From the NCBI GenBank assembly GCA_964016885.1, contig OZ024742.1, positions 67,084,001-67,148,000 of the forward strand: a stretch of 64,000 nucleotides of DNA, read 5' to 3'. The stretch is from Eledone cirrhosa. Lineage: Eukaryota. Below, piece by piece: positions 50,403-64,000 of the stretch. Numbering within the stretch: position 1 is the stretch's first letter; every line of letters begins with the position of its first letter. Under the pieces are notes generated by a model. It saw nothing but the letters and a program-made list of their open reading frames with translations, ran no database searches and was not told the origin of the DNA. Both the position numbers and the translations under genes were made by a program.

Positions 50403-53022
50403 CTAGCGTTCCCAATGCAGAATTCACTGGAGGTTACTAGATACATAACTCGAATATTTAATATGAATGTACAACATAAAATCAAACAAACATGTTTTAA
50501 AATCGAATAAAACCAGTCAAAAAACAATCGATACTAGAGATTTGAACCTTTAACTCTTTTGAAATCAAATGCTTCATTTTATCTGATTAGTTTGATGCTA
50601 GTGGTAATACCAGTTCAATCAGAGATCAAACAAAATTCTTAGTTTAAATTTCCAGAAGGTTAAGACATCGTAACTTGGATGAGAGTGTGTGACAATAAGA
50701 TTCAGATAATCTGACTATAATGGTTTCCTTAGATGAGGTATTAGTACTTTCCTTAGGTATAATCCAGAAGAGATATTTCAGCTGCAGTATTTCTCTTCTG
50801 GAACATAAGTATGAGTACTTTCTAACCTAATAAATGCCGAACATGGTCATGGGAGTGACCCATGAGTGCAGTCTGGTCCAAATGATGATCCACAGTAAAA
50901 GAGAGGCTTAATTATGCTTGTTCACTGTCGTTGATCAAGAATCACTGAACCCGTTACTCCCTATGTACATTCCTAAGCATCATCAATTTGAAGAATCAAC
51001 TCTGCAGCGGTTTGCGACAGATGGCCCACCCGTCCAATGTAAACTGTCTAATAATGGACACATCATAGTATTTTCTGTAACCAATTGTCTTTCATGGCGA
51101 TCAAGAAGTAGAACACATTGTGACATTTTGTACCCGAACATTCAAGGACAGCTTCTTTGAAGTCTATTTCGTACTGTGACAGATTAGGATATGCGTAGAG
51201 TCATGTAATTCACATGTATACCTACAGAAAATCTAATTTCATTATCATTGCATAGACAATCAGGATGTTGACATATGCCGTTATCTCACATGAACTTGCC
51301 TTACCAGCAGTCCATTTGCAAGCTTACACATCGTTTGTTGATGAATAATTCTCTTATACACTTTGCTTTTCATCCTGTGTGGTAACATCATGTTATTTCG
51401 AATGTGCCTCATGAAATATCTTTTGCTCGCCGGCCCGGCATTCCTACGTTAGAGTTTAGTCGAGTGCTGCTCTGCATATCCAACTTATAAAGTCTTCAAA
51501 TTCCAAAATACAGAAAAGAAAATAGAACAACCTCGATGGATGGATGGAGTGAATAATTCGAAACGACTTTATATTAACCATAATGCTATTACTGTACGTT
51601 TGGGAAAACCAAGCTCGGAATACGTGACTAACATTAGTCGCTTAACAAAGCCGCCAAATAGTGATATGCACGCCTGTCGAAGAAAGGATACGAATTACCA
51701 TGAGCTGCATAAAGCCTGACATAAAGCCGACATTGCTACGTTATATAGCATGAAATGCAGTTGAATAACGCATGTGCGAGCGTCTCCAAACAAACACTAC
51801 CAACAAAAGGAGACATTTTTGCAACAGCTTATATCATATATGCAACATATAATCGGACTTATAATTTTATGTGACATCTCCTTTTTTGTGTTCTTTTAGC
51901 AGTAAGATCACATCTACATTTGAAATTAGAAATGTTTCCATTCAGATGCTGATAAGATCTAGATGTGCTGACAAATTAACGATCAAGAATGGCATGTTGA
52001 ATACGGTATACTATTCGACCTCGAAAGATTTAGCGGACGTTTAGCACACGAGTCCATCAGTCCATAATGTCAATTTTTAATATTATTTTGTGTCTTCTGG
52101 TGAGAATCAGAAGGCGATCACAGAGGTAGGAAGTGAAGTCCATTTTATCTAGCGGTATGTTCTTTGGGATATTTTGAAAAAGACGTTGCTGAAATAGTGC
52201 GTATATCTGTTTAAAATAAGTCTACACGCGTAAAGAATTGTCCACCCAAAATACATGATATGGTATAAAGCTCCGCTGCCATTATTCCCTCAAAAATCAA
52301 AGAAGCATTTTCTGTCCATCTCGTTTCAATTTATGCGATATATAGAGTTTTCGAAAGCATATTTCGTTTTCATGGGTATGATGTATATTATGTCGTGTTA
52401 TGCTTTTATACTCATATCCCATTTGAACCTCCTTATGAAAATCATGGCAAGAACGCCGCTATATTCTGAAGAGCAATTCCATGTTATATTGTGCAGAAAT
52501 ATAATTGATTGCATACATACATTCATGTGGATGACAGTGGATATTTGATCGACATATAAATATATGCAAACATACATTGACGTACTCATTCCTAAATTTT
52601 AGATACGATAACTGTGTAACATCTGATATTTATCCGTCAATAAGTTAGTGAAACCTGCCTTTTTAATCTCATTCGATTATATATATATATATATATATGA
52701 AGTGAGGTAAATTTCCTATAGAGGAGATATCCAAGTCTCACAATGCCTTACTTATTTTTTATATATATAAACATAAATATATGCGTGTATGTGTGATTTT
52801 GTCTGTACATAAGGATGTATACCACAAGCATTTCTTATCAACAGTACTACTGTTTTAATGTCAACATAGCTGATAAATGTGGCTGTATGTACCAACATGG
52901 ATGTGCGGAAGAGATACAATACAATTCAATGTGATGCCAAATCATTTCCTAGAGGATCCCCGGTTATTATTAATGTTCCTTTTGCTACAAAAGCCTGGCT
53001 TCTATTCATATATGAAGATAGA

Positions 53023-53096
<74 letters not shown>

Positions 53097-54498
53097 TATA
53101 TAAAATGTATGTTTAGTTGAACAGACGGTCGAATAAACATGCACGTTCACACACACATTCAAAACGCATACGTTTGTGTAGATGTCCTTCACTATAATAT
53201 CGTCGTCTTTCACTATAATATCGTCGTCCTTCACTATAATATTTGTTATAGATAAATACAATTAGGAAAACGTAAAGAAAAAAACCAATAGAATGCAATT
53301 AATCATGAAACAATGAAATAATGGTTCCCCCATCATGTAATTCCACGATGCCTGACGTCTCAACTAAAATTCTAATCCGCTGAATCTCTATACTGCAAAG
53401 ATTTACTTTTAAGTTAGTCAAAATGTCTTCATTTATCTTCACGAACTTTAAAACAGAAAAGAATTTCTGAATCTTTCATTTACGTATTTCGTAATTACAA
53501 TGACGTCCTCCTATCGAACATTCTATAATTGTATCACAACCCACGATGGAATTGTCAGTAAGTGTTTTAGGAATCGCAAGTAATGTTAGAATATATATTG
53601 TATATTTTATGAAACTATAAACGAAAATGAAGTAAATGAACGACTACACTGTGAAATGAAGAAATACGGGAATATAGAAAGTGTGTCGCAATATTATTAG
53701 GAACAATGTGATTTTTCAGTAATATTATTTCAGTGTTAAAAGATTGGCTTCTTCTGTGCAGATACTAGTTTAGATTAGTGAGATCATTGTTCAGCTTAGA
53801 ACTTGATATTTAGGAAATAGAATGTAAATATTGCATGAGTTAGAGCTGGTGCTTTTTCAACGGCGATTTCATTACTGAATTTTGTGTTCACATTCAACTG
53901 TTTCTAAATGATGTCTTATCACCAGGGGTCCTAATTTGATTGACATGTGGAGGTAAAAGGGTAAAATACTGAATGGTGGGGGAGGAAGTAGTTTACGTGA
54001 GCAATACACGATTGGTGATCACTGATATATATTGTGATAATTAATTATATGAATACGTCTATAAGGATTCGTGATTTAGAATAGTGGAGAAAGGAAAATG
54101 ACGGAAATCGGTGGTTTAGAATGAAAGAAAACTAAGGGAGGTGTGTTGAACGTTGGTTGATTGCACGTGTTGAAAAGTTGAAATTTTAAAAAAGAAAGGA
54201 AGTTAAACATAGAGGATAAACAAGAGATGTTACACACAAAGTTTATACAACAGAATATGCACACAGAAACACAATTACGTGTAAATAGTATGTTCTCCAT
54301 GATTGAAAAATAAAGGGAAAACTATTTTGATTAAATTCGTGACGAAATATAGATTTTGTAATTCCCGACATCATCTTATTACCTAAATAGTGTTTTATAA
54401 TGAACTCCGCTTACTTTCGTATATACCATTCTTCTATGTCTCTTCATCCCTTTGTTCTTATGATTCCCTCCATGTAAACTTAAACATTCATACAAACA

Positions 54499-54641
<143 letters not shown>

Positions 54642-54949
54642 GGTGGCACCAAAACAAGCACTCAATGCTGCGTAAGGTTGTATATATTAATAAGAACTAT
54701 GATATTTATTTTACATGAATTTAGATTGTTATTGTATATCGACCTGTTACGCGCGTTTCACAGTTCTTTTTAATACTTAATCTCGCTGTTATATTTGATG
54801 AAGCAAGTTTAATATCATGCAGGTTTCGTTCTGGTCATTTATTTTATTTGAAACTAGCAGAGGTACCCGGCCTTGCCCGGTATAACTCTCAATGTAGTAG
54901 TCGTTCAAATGAACCGAAAGACTTCCGTTAAACACGACTATAGAAGTAA

Positions 54950-55350
54950 CAATTTATAGGTGTTGGCCCTAAAGAGGGCCTTTGAACGTTCACTTTGAAA
55001 TATCACTGCGGCGGTGCTGCCAGCAAAGACGAATCCGTCCGATGGTACCAATTTAAAGTCGGTGGCCCTAAAGTAAGCATTGGATCGTTCACTCTTAAAA
55101 GTCTCAGCGGCGGTGTTGCCAGCAAAGACGAATCCAGCGATAACAATATATAGTTGGTGGCCCTGAAGAGGACATTTTAACGTTCACTTTGAAATATCTC
55201 AGCGGCGGTGCTGCCAGAAAACATGAATTCGATGGTAACAATTTAAACTTGGTGGCCCTGAAGAGGGCCTTGGATCGTTCACTCTTAAAATTCCCAGCGG
55301 CAGAGCTGTTAGCAAAGACGACTCCGATTAGAGGTGGTGGCCCTTAAGAC
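54950..55350. repeat. ~95-100 bp minisatellite, 4-5 units, inside the Helitron
   Basis: Repeated GGTGGCCCT.AAG...CGTTCACT...GCGGCGGTG.TGCCAGCAAAGACGAATCC. Confidence 0.85.
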
Positions 55351-55685
55351 GTCCTTTACACCACTTTGTTGTGTCATATTTGGTTTGCTTGTTATTTGTG
55401 ATTGTAACCTAGAAAAGCATGTAACAGTCGGTGGCCACAAAAACGGCCTTGGCAAGATCACGCTGGAATGTAAAAAAATGTGTAAATAAGATATAGGGAA
55501 AAGTAGATTAATTAGGTTAAAACTACGGAACATCGATAGCAAAGCGTTATAGCAACATATAAATGCGGAAAACGGAGACATTGAACATTTATAACGTATA
55601 GCAAAAGCGACCTCAGAGGCGTACGTGTTATTGTCAAAAGGACAAAAAATAGCACATAGCGATTACTTAATGGCGGATGGGGTGC

Positions 55686-56225
55686 CTACAAAACTTCCTT
55701 ATAGACTATATTTTGGATTTTCTCGCGAGTTGCAAAAGCAAATAGGTTATGTCGGCTCCGCACCCGAGAGCAGCCAACATAAAGTTGAACATGGGAGAAG
55801 AACAGTTCTTCTAAATTAAGCCTTACTACCGTCAGCGTTTGACCCTGTGATTTGTTAATTGACATGGCAAAACTGAGCCGGAGAGGGAATTGCAGCCTTC
55901 TGAATGTGAAAGGAATGTCTTTACCGGATGGAATGAGAGGTATCCTTGGTATGAAGACAGTATCCCCCTTACCACATCCTGTAAGTATTGTTGCCTCAAT
56001 AACATGAGGCATCGCCTTTTTGACGACAAGATGCGTGCCGTTGGAAAGCCTTCGGGGTTCCAAATTCCTTAGGAGCATGACAGAGGCACCTTTCTTAAGT
56101 CGCAGTAACTGTGGTGGCAATCCGGGAGGGTCTAGGGAGTTAAGAAATTCTGTGGGGTAATTAACAAGTTCGTCCGGATCAGCCATAGAATCAAGGGACT
56201 TGTAGATGTGTAGGTTTCCAGGCAA
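55686..56225 (-). pseudogene. Helitron Pif1-type helicase C-terminus
   Basis: YPTEFLNSLDPPGLPP, MLLRNL, NGT, IPRIPL, RLQFPLRLSFAMSINKSQGQTL, QLYVGCSRV, NIVYKEVL. Confidence 0.92.
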
Positions 56226-56918
56226 GCACAGCGTAGTCGGAGGAGGGGTCGCTAAAGGCCTTCAACAACCATCGTGAATTGCAAGTCCTAGAAATGCCAC
56301 GTAACGATGAACACCGCGGTTCACTTTGCAGAAATCGGCCACCTCGGTGCTCTATGGTTTCAGTATTTCGTGCAGCAGCAGTGGCAGCGGCGTCCCTGCT
56401 TCGTCGAACGACGTATCGTCCTTCATTCTCTCGAGCGCGAGCAGCGTGTATTGCAGTGGCGTCCCTGTTCCGTCGACCGGCGCGTCCTCCTTCATCCTCT
56501 AGAGGGTGCACAGCGGATGTTGCAGTGGCGTCCCTACTTCGTTGAACGGTCCGCGTCCTTCATCCTCTTGAGCATGAGCAGCGGATGTTGCAGTGGCGTC
56601 TCTGCTTAGTCGAACGGCGCATCGTCCTTCATCCTCTCGAGCGTGAGCAGCGGATGTTGCAGCGGCATCCCTGCTTCGTTGAACGGCGCGTCGTCCCTCA
56701 TCCTCTCATGCGCGAGCAGCAGCAGTCGCAGCAGCATCTTTGTTCCGTCGAATTTCACGCTGACTGTCATCCTCATCCGCTCTTGCAGCTGCCATCTGCA
56801 CAGCATTCTGTGAGAGCTTGATCGCAGTCGCATTTACATCTTCGGTGAGACGCCTTCACTTAGACCTACTTGCGTCATTAGATAATCGACCAATGAAAGT
56901 TTTCTTCTTGGGTGGCAT
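56226..56918 (-). pseudogene. Helitron RepHel N-terminus with 69-bp (23-aa) tandem repeats
   Basis: ATG MPPKKKT at 56918; repeats RRSRDAAATAAAR..EDEG; internal stops. Confidence 0.6.
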
Positions 56919-59641
56919 TGTTTTTAGAAAATTAACCAGGGAGAACGATAAATAGTGGAGAAATAACGTTTAAGTAAATAAATCTAAACACGGATATAAA
57001 TTGTGAAAAAATGTGATAAATCTATGTTGTCTGAGAAAGTGGGTATGTTTTCCAAGAAGTTGTGTACTAATCAAATTTCAGGTTTTAAGTTAGGGGCAAC
57101 ACAGCGTACGGACCAACTGTGATAAAGGAAATTAAATCGGGTGGTTAAATTGATAGGTATATAAGTGTCAGTATGTTTGTTCAGTTCGAATATAGCAATA
57201 AGTAAGTACTAACCATTGAAAGGATACAGGCAAAAATGGCTGAAAAATCACAGCATGATAAACTGAAACCATATGACCATAAACACATTAGCTAAACCTC
57301 CTTTAAGGTGAAAAGGGTTGAAGAAACATCCGTTTTAGAAACATGGGGTAGCTTATGAGAGTACGCATGTAAAAAAAACCTACCACTTGTCAAAAGCTGA
57401 AAAAGAAGTGTGATCCAAGGTCGGACTTGACCGATATAAATGGAAGTGATTTCGTTCAATGAACAACACTCGAATTGCTTGATTGGTTAGATAATACAAA
57501 TAAGTGTGATGAAGTCTACTGAACACAACTCACTGATGTGTGGTTGGCCAGATGTTGCAATTTCGCACTTAATTGAGGTCCAATTAAACGGGGGAGACAA
57601 CCGGGTGCAAAAACTAATCTATCATTCGCACAGTTTAGGCATGAGTATGAAATAGCACAATCTACATACAGTAGGCGTTACAATTTACACCTGGGTTAAA
57701 TCGCGCTTTCTTGGTTAGGAGTGTGAAATGACGCCAAAGTTCAAGGACAAATATTTAACTCTCCACTCCGCACTTAATTGTGGTACAATTACACGGGGGA
57801 CACAACCGGGTGCAAAATTAAATTCAATCATCCTAAAGTTAACTAAACAAACTAAAGTTAAGGTAGGTGGATTTAAAAATTCGCTACTCCATTTGTAGGA
57901 CATGCGTAACCGATGCGTCAACTTTCGTTTAAATTGACTTTTATTTCCATAAGTTGAAATGCTTAGCTGCGACCATAATATGAATTTTAAAAGTGGTCCA
58001 AAGGGACTCACTGCCTTCCCTAGGGAGTTACCTTGCAAATTTCAAGTGATAACGAATGTGTGGCGCTTTATCTTATGGCAGGCAATATCCATTTTGTTTA
58101 GTTTTTGTAAGAATCAATTATAAACTCCCGAGGTTATGTTGCTTTTTATTGTGGCAGTTTGAACTTTTATAGGTTAATGAATTGGGCTCATTGTCCCCGA
58201 GGGGGTCCTCTTGCTGAATTGAAATGAAAGTAAATCTGCCTTACTGTATCTTCATCTGTAGTACATGAATAACAACTAAGTCGAAATTCATTTTATTGGA
58301 CTCCCAATTATCGAAGCTATGACGCTTTGCTGCATTACAATAGCCAAATTCAATAAATGATTCGCCGGGGCTTACTGCCCCCTGGGGGACCCCTTGCTTT
58401 TTCCGGGTATAGACAGTGTCTTCAACATCATCTTTAGGCAATGGGTAACCAATGTCTCCAGTAAAGTTAAAATCGAACGTAAACTTCAAAAGTTATCAGG
58501 TAGTAATACAATGTTAATGTGAACTTCAATAGATGAGTCGAAGGGGGATACTACCAGGGGTCCCCTTGATAAGTTCAAGTAAAATTTCATGTGTTCACCT
58601 TCCTTGGGTAAGAAATACGTCTCGCTTCGTGAAAACCAAACACCAACTCAAGCAGTTATGGCGTTTTGTTGTATTGATGATATCAACTTCAACATTGATC
58701 AAGTCGGTTTACTGCCCCCCAAGGGGTACCCTACCTGAATTTCTGCGCAGGTGCATGCCTGCAAATTTATTTGTATGCCATAAGCAAACAAAATATTAAT
58801 TTTGGTGAAGATGGGAGGCAAACTGCAGGAATTATGGGGCTTTATGCAGTAGTACTGCTGACTCCAAGCGAGAAACTTAAGGGGTTTATCTGCGCCGGGG
58901 CCCCACAATCGATGTACGGAAAAATAAAATAGACTACGACACATAATAAGACTTCCGAAACCTATGTATGAAAGTTGGTATAAATCGGTTGTAAAATGTA
59001 GAAATGCATGCGGTTACACAGACAGAGAGACAGATAGAGATCTTCTGTTTTATATATATATATAGATCAGATATGATAGTTTGATATCTATCGTACCTAA
59101 TGCATCATAACTGAGTCTTAAATATATGATTATGATGATGTGGTCTGAGAGAGGTGGCTACTAGTTCTAACGGCCCGAGAAATCAAGTAGAATTTCCGAC
59201 CGTCACATGACAGATGCAAGTCTGTAGTAATCATGACCCATTTTTGTTATCTATAACCCTAAATCGCTCCCATTATACACGCCTCCATTTAACTACCTTC
59301 TCTTGTTTTATTACATCTCTCTATTTATATTACAATTATTATGTATATTCATCTTTTCTACCAATTCTCTTATTTCGTTCCCCGTACTCGCATTGTCCTT
59401 ACCAATCTTTCTCAGGAGAGGATTAATGTTAAGACAAATTACATTGCTCATTTATACATCAAAATCAATATAATCAGTTAGACATGCACTGACTAACAAC
59501 AGAAATGCTGTGTGTCTGTGATCTGTGATGATGATGATGTGATGATTGTTGTGACTGTGTCATACATGCGTAGCTTGTGAATAAAAATGTCAAGGGGTAT
59601 CGGCGGCGGTGTTGATGCCTCCCAAACATCTTTTGTAATGG

Positions 59642-59814
59642 ATCGTCTTATTGGCTAATTTCATCGTCTTATTGGCTAATCAACCAACGAGAGTAATTGT
59701 TGCTGAAAAGCATCCGCCACTTTGTTTCCATGTTTATTTATCGTTTCGCTTTCGAATCTTCCTCCAGGATTTCGTCATTTTATCATCAAAATATTTTTTC
59801 TCGTTTTGGTAAGT
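59642..59814 (+). promoter_or_regulatory. candidate host promoter and first non-coding exon
   Basis: Two ATCGTCTTATTGGCTAAT (inverted CCAAT) 21 bp apart, CCGCCACTTTG (YY1-like), donor TTG|GTAAGT at 59808/59809. Confidence 0.35.
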
Positions 59815-60020
59815 TATATTGTTAATTTATATATGATTTTTTAAATTTATATTAACTATTACAAGTCTGAAAATATTTTTATACATCTTACAATAATATT
59901 TATAAGATCATTTATAAAATAACAATTATATAATCTAATTACATTACGCCGATAATTATTATTAATTTATTATCATGTTTAACTAGAGTTATTACAAGCG
60001 TTGCCTTAAAAAAATATTAA

Positions 60021-60450
60021 ACTAGACCTGAAAAATACGCATATTCAAAAGAGCCACAGAATGTTATAATAAACCTTCAAAAATGTGGGACTAGTGTTGT
60101 TGCTAAAAAATATTGTAATCATTATCTATCGTACACTCTGTGGCATCCTTTTATAAAAAAGAGACTCATAACGAACTCAAGACGACACGATAATTATTTA
60201 TAATATAGAATTCGGTACATTTCGTATTAATCATTACTAAACATCTAATATGATATATTGAACATTAGCTTAAATAATTATCGTGTCGTCTTGAGTTCGT
60301 TATGAGTCTCATTTTTATAAAAGGATGCCACAGACTACACGATACATAATGATTACAATATTTTTGAGCAACAACTCTAGTCCCACACTTTTGAAGGTTT
60401 ATTATAACATTGTGTGGCTCTTTTGAGCTTGCGCATTTTTCAGGTCTAGT
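60021..60450. mobile_element. MITE-like element with ~180-bp terminal inverted repeats
   Basis: ACTAGACCTGAAAAA...TTTTTCAGGTCTAGT; arms 60021-60198 and 60272-60450. Confidence 0.8.
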
Positions 60451-62902
60451 ACATATCTTTGCAGTGAGAAGGAGAAAAGTTTTCTTTATTAAATTTAAAT
60501 AGTTTTACAGTCTATTCAAAAGCGAATGCACAGCGAGATTTAAGATGCACATTTTAGATGGGCCGTGGCAAACGAGTAGTTAGAAAATTATCTCCAGATA
60601 TTATCTATCCCTGATTGTTGGATGAGAAGGCTTCCTTTTCATTTTCAAATTAAACGATGGATGGATTTAGCGTCCATCTAAGTAGAGAAACCACCCCTAA
60701 ACGGCTTTAGGATAGTTTACCCCAACAAAATGTCACCTATATAGAATTTGTAAAGAGAGGATTATTCTATGAGACGCGTGACCAAGAGTTTATGAAGAAT
60801 AGCCAGCCTGACACCACATAGTCAACTAATGAACATTTTAGATACACATAATTCAGAGCCTCTAGATTTTTCTTAGGCCAGGATTGGCTATCACACTTGT
60901 TGCAAGATAGTGCTCAATAGTACACGAATACTCAATTATGTTGTTCGTTCTGCTAGCATTAACTTTTGTCCAACTCTATCTGGAACCGTTTCATATGTTA
61001 CCTGATTCATCTCATGCATGTATGTATGTATATATATATTATATATATATACATACATATATATATATATATGTGTGTGTGTTTGTGGATGGATGTGGGG
61101 GGATGTGTATGTATATGTATGTGTGTATTTATGTACGTATATTTTGTGTATACGACTGGTATAATGATGTGTTGTTTAAATTCGTCTCACGATTCCCTAT
61201 ATAAATTGAATAAACATTATGTCTCTAATAGCTTGATATTTAGTATACTAACTAACCACTTCACAGACTTTCATTGTATGCATACATCTTCAAAATGAAT
61301 ATATTGCTATCTAGCTCATGTCTCTATGACTACATCAATATTCTAGCTATTCCGTAACTGACCATTACTTACATATATGCACATAATAAAACAATTTTAT
61401 TTGATCATTTGCTGTTCTGATTCTTCAATGTTGCTACTGTTTATTGCTTAGCCATTATTACTACCTTCATTGGATGTCTTCTCAAGATAAAGATATACAT
61501 ATATTACGATAATTACAATTTCCGACTATGCTATGTGATAACATTATTATAGATGAAGCAAAATAGTACAAAAACCACGTATAAAAAAAGTTCTTAAATA
61601 CTAAACGAACATTGTTTTAAATACTAAACGAACATTTGTTTTTTTTGTAAAAGGAATGAAACTGCATTCTTCGCTGGCTTAAAGGAACAGTGGGTAGTTT
61701 TTTTAAATAAATTATTTTATTCTTGTCGATCGAAAGGTGGAAGCTGTTTTAAGAGCAGTTGTCTATGGTTCGATTTCCGTGGGCGTATTGGTAAAATATG
61801 TATCACCATCGGTTCGATGATGGAAATATAAAGTATATAGTTTCCAGTGATGTTCGGCCCATCAGTGATGATCACCGTTCTAAACAACTGTTTTATGGCG
61901 ATATAATTGTAGTCCGAACACCTATACCTATGACCTATTTTATACCCATTATGCATATGTCCTGTACTTCGTCACATATACCATTTATATATGATTGCAT
62001 CAGTCATGTTATATCAATAATAAATATTAATAATTTCTGAATTCATTGATTTAGGTCACGTCTCTTGGTCAGAAATATCATAACCGGAAGTCTACAAAGT
62101 CATTTTACTCACTAGAGTTGTTTGAACAGATTAAACATCAAAATTTAAAATTGACGGGAAAAGCTGTGCAACAGAATCACACTCAACTAAATCGCATGCT
62201 TACCTCATGCACAGGTAATGATTTGTGATATCGATTTTTATATATATTTTCCGTTTAAATGAAACATGTTCGCAATTCAATCCTCTCACCGTTATCGAAT
62301 GTGAAAAAGGGTATTAGAGTATATATTCAGTGGTGGACACAAGGTACGCTTCCAATAAAATTGGGAGGTCTGTGTGTTAGGAAAACGCAGAGCATCATTA
62401 CTTGCATTACGAAAATATCATATCACTGTATAATATATCAGCGTTAGGTCAAGGGAGAATCTATACTATAAAAGAAAAGCAGTTTCTCCGTATGTTTGTC
62501 AACATATATATCTAAACGGAGGGGAGAACGGGAGTAGAGAAAAATCATTGTTGACGCGAGAGAAACACAGTGAGTGTGTATGTTTATATATATATATATA
62601 TATATATATAATGTAGGAGGTGAGTTTTATTGTAGCACAATAAAGCAATATTAAATTTCTCAGTATTAAAGGTTATATATCTCTCTCTCACTCATTTTCT
62701 CCTCCTCTCTCACCCTTCCTTCTTATCCTTTCCTTATTATTATATTTTTTTCTTCTATCTATATACTTTCTTCCTCACCTTTTCCTTCCGCCCTTTCTTT
62801 CCTTTTTTCCAATCTCATATATCCATCTTATTTTATTTTTCATATGTTGATTTAACACTTCACTGCTCGCAAGTGTTTTTTAAGCTTCATATAATGTCTC
62901 CC

Positions 62903-62962
62903 TATTTTAACTGATGAGAACGCAAATATCATCCCATGATGATAAATGCGCATAATAAAATA
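62903..62962 (+). ncRNA. degenerate HHR in a ~400-bp insert between (TA)n runs
   Basis: TATTTTAA-CTGATGA...TAAA-TGCGCA-TA^ATAAAATA; GAAA appears as TAAA; stem II poor. Confidence 0.45.
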
Positions 62963-62988
62963 CAGGGAACTCTTTTAAACATCTTTTG

Positions 62989-63055
<67 letters not shown>

Positions 63056-63079
63056 GACTATATATATATATATATAATA

Positions 63080-63138
<59 letters not shown>

Positions 63139-63282
63139 GACTAAAGTTTAAGCAAAGAATCGCTGCTTTCACCCTTAACGGGATCTTCTGAAATTAACAA
63201 AGTCAATCTGTAAACGCAGAAGTGAATATTTCAAAAAACGTTGCAACCGGAGGAAGACAGGAAGACGATACTTTGGTTCGTG

Positions 63283-63548
63283 GAAACGTTCCCTGGCAAA
63301 GAACGGGGAAAAACGAATATAATACGTCATTCTTTGGAGCGTTGAAAAACAGTTACACGCAAAGACAAAACCACGTTTATGGTATAAAAGAAGTCGTAGA
63401 CTAATATTCTATTAGGTGGTTCATAGAGACGTTCTCTGGCAATGAACGGAAAAACGAAGATAATACGTCATATGTGGAGCGCGGAGAACAATAGCACGCA
63501 AAGACAAAACCACGTAAATGGTATAACTGAAGTCGTAGTCTAAAATTC
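63283..63548. repeat. ~140-bp diverged tandem duplication
   Basis: ACGTTC.CTGGCAA.GAACGG..ATAATACGTCAT..CACGCAAAGACAAAACCACGT..TGGTATAA..GAAGTCGTAG occurs twice. Confidence 0.8.
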
Positions 63549-63829
63549 TAACTAGGAAACCGAATGATTCTCGGCTTCAGAGTTAAGAATAAAGTAAATA
63601 AAATACAGAAGTAAATGAAATTAAATAAATACATACACGCATCCATATACGTACATACACAAGCATACGCGAAAAGACTCGCCATGGGTATACAAATACA
63701 TGCAAGTACACAAGAAAAAAATAACGCACGCACATACAGAACCCACGCAACGTCTGTACCCGCACGCATTCGAATGTATACACCAAATATACAGAAAAAT
63801 ATGAATTAAAAAAAAAATATATATATATA

Positions 63830-63869
<40 letters not shown>

Positions 63870-64000
63870 TGTGTGTGCGTGTATACATATAATTAAATAA
63901 ACGTATATAAATAAATAAATACGTATATAACAAGCGAACACACATACCTACATGTAAATACACTTATGTTCGGAGACGTACGTCACCCAAAACACGATGT

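Larger units (their letters stand above)
54854..59066 (-). mobile_element. Helitron, internally deleted (non-autonomous)
   Basis: 5' A|TC at 59066, 3' CTAG|T at 54854, subterminal hairpin CCGG-GCAAGG-CCGG; RepHel remnants inside. Confidence 0.88.

Noticed and set aside
54950-55350. CRISPR-like array
   Set aside because: Whole units are homologous with no unique spacers; eukaryotic Helitron context; no cas genes
62325-62500. CRE-like TLPIKLGGL peptide and Helitron-like 5' end ATCTATACTATAAAAG
   Set aside because: Too short to support without a search
63155-63195. HHR-like motif on - (CAGAAGA-CCC/GGG-GAAA)
   Set aside because: Core mismatch; stems I and III unconvincing

Overview
Eukaryotic, AT-rich, microsatellite-laden DNA, almost all of it transposon-derived. 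The tRNA-head SINE with a Nin-type core suggests a mollusc, probably an octopod cephalopod (inference). No host protein-coding exon could be supported. Layout: (1) 1-8.7 kb: Penelope-like elements (PLEs) and PLE-type inverted-repeat remnants in (TA)n runs, several with hammerhead-ribozyme (HHR) motifs, then a mariner relic. (2) 14.3-36.6 kb: a nested array in (TAA)n microsatellite, with six R4/Dong RLE-LINE copies on +, and two Tx1-clade LINEs (one with intact ORF1 and ORF2) plus two SINEs on -. (3) 37-48 kb: further HHR elements, a 1.45 kb fold-back, a SINE with a 14-bp TSD, and CRE and RTE relics. (4) 54.9-59.1 kb: an internally deleted Helitron with canonical ends, followed by a possible host promoter/first exon and a MITE. 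Best candidate for an undescribed system: an (ATT)n-targeting Tx1 LINE and a partner SINE. They share a covarying 3' hairpin (CUUGU loop) 14-15 nt before the target repeat, have no poly(A) tail, and use the strand opposite to Dong in the same microsatellite. Coordinates were read by eye and may be off by a few bases; no database searches were run.
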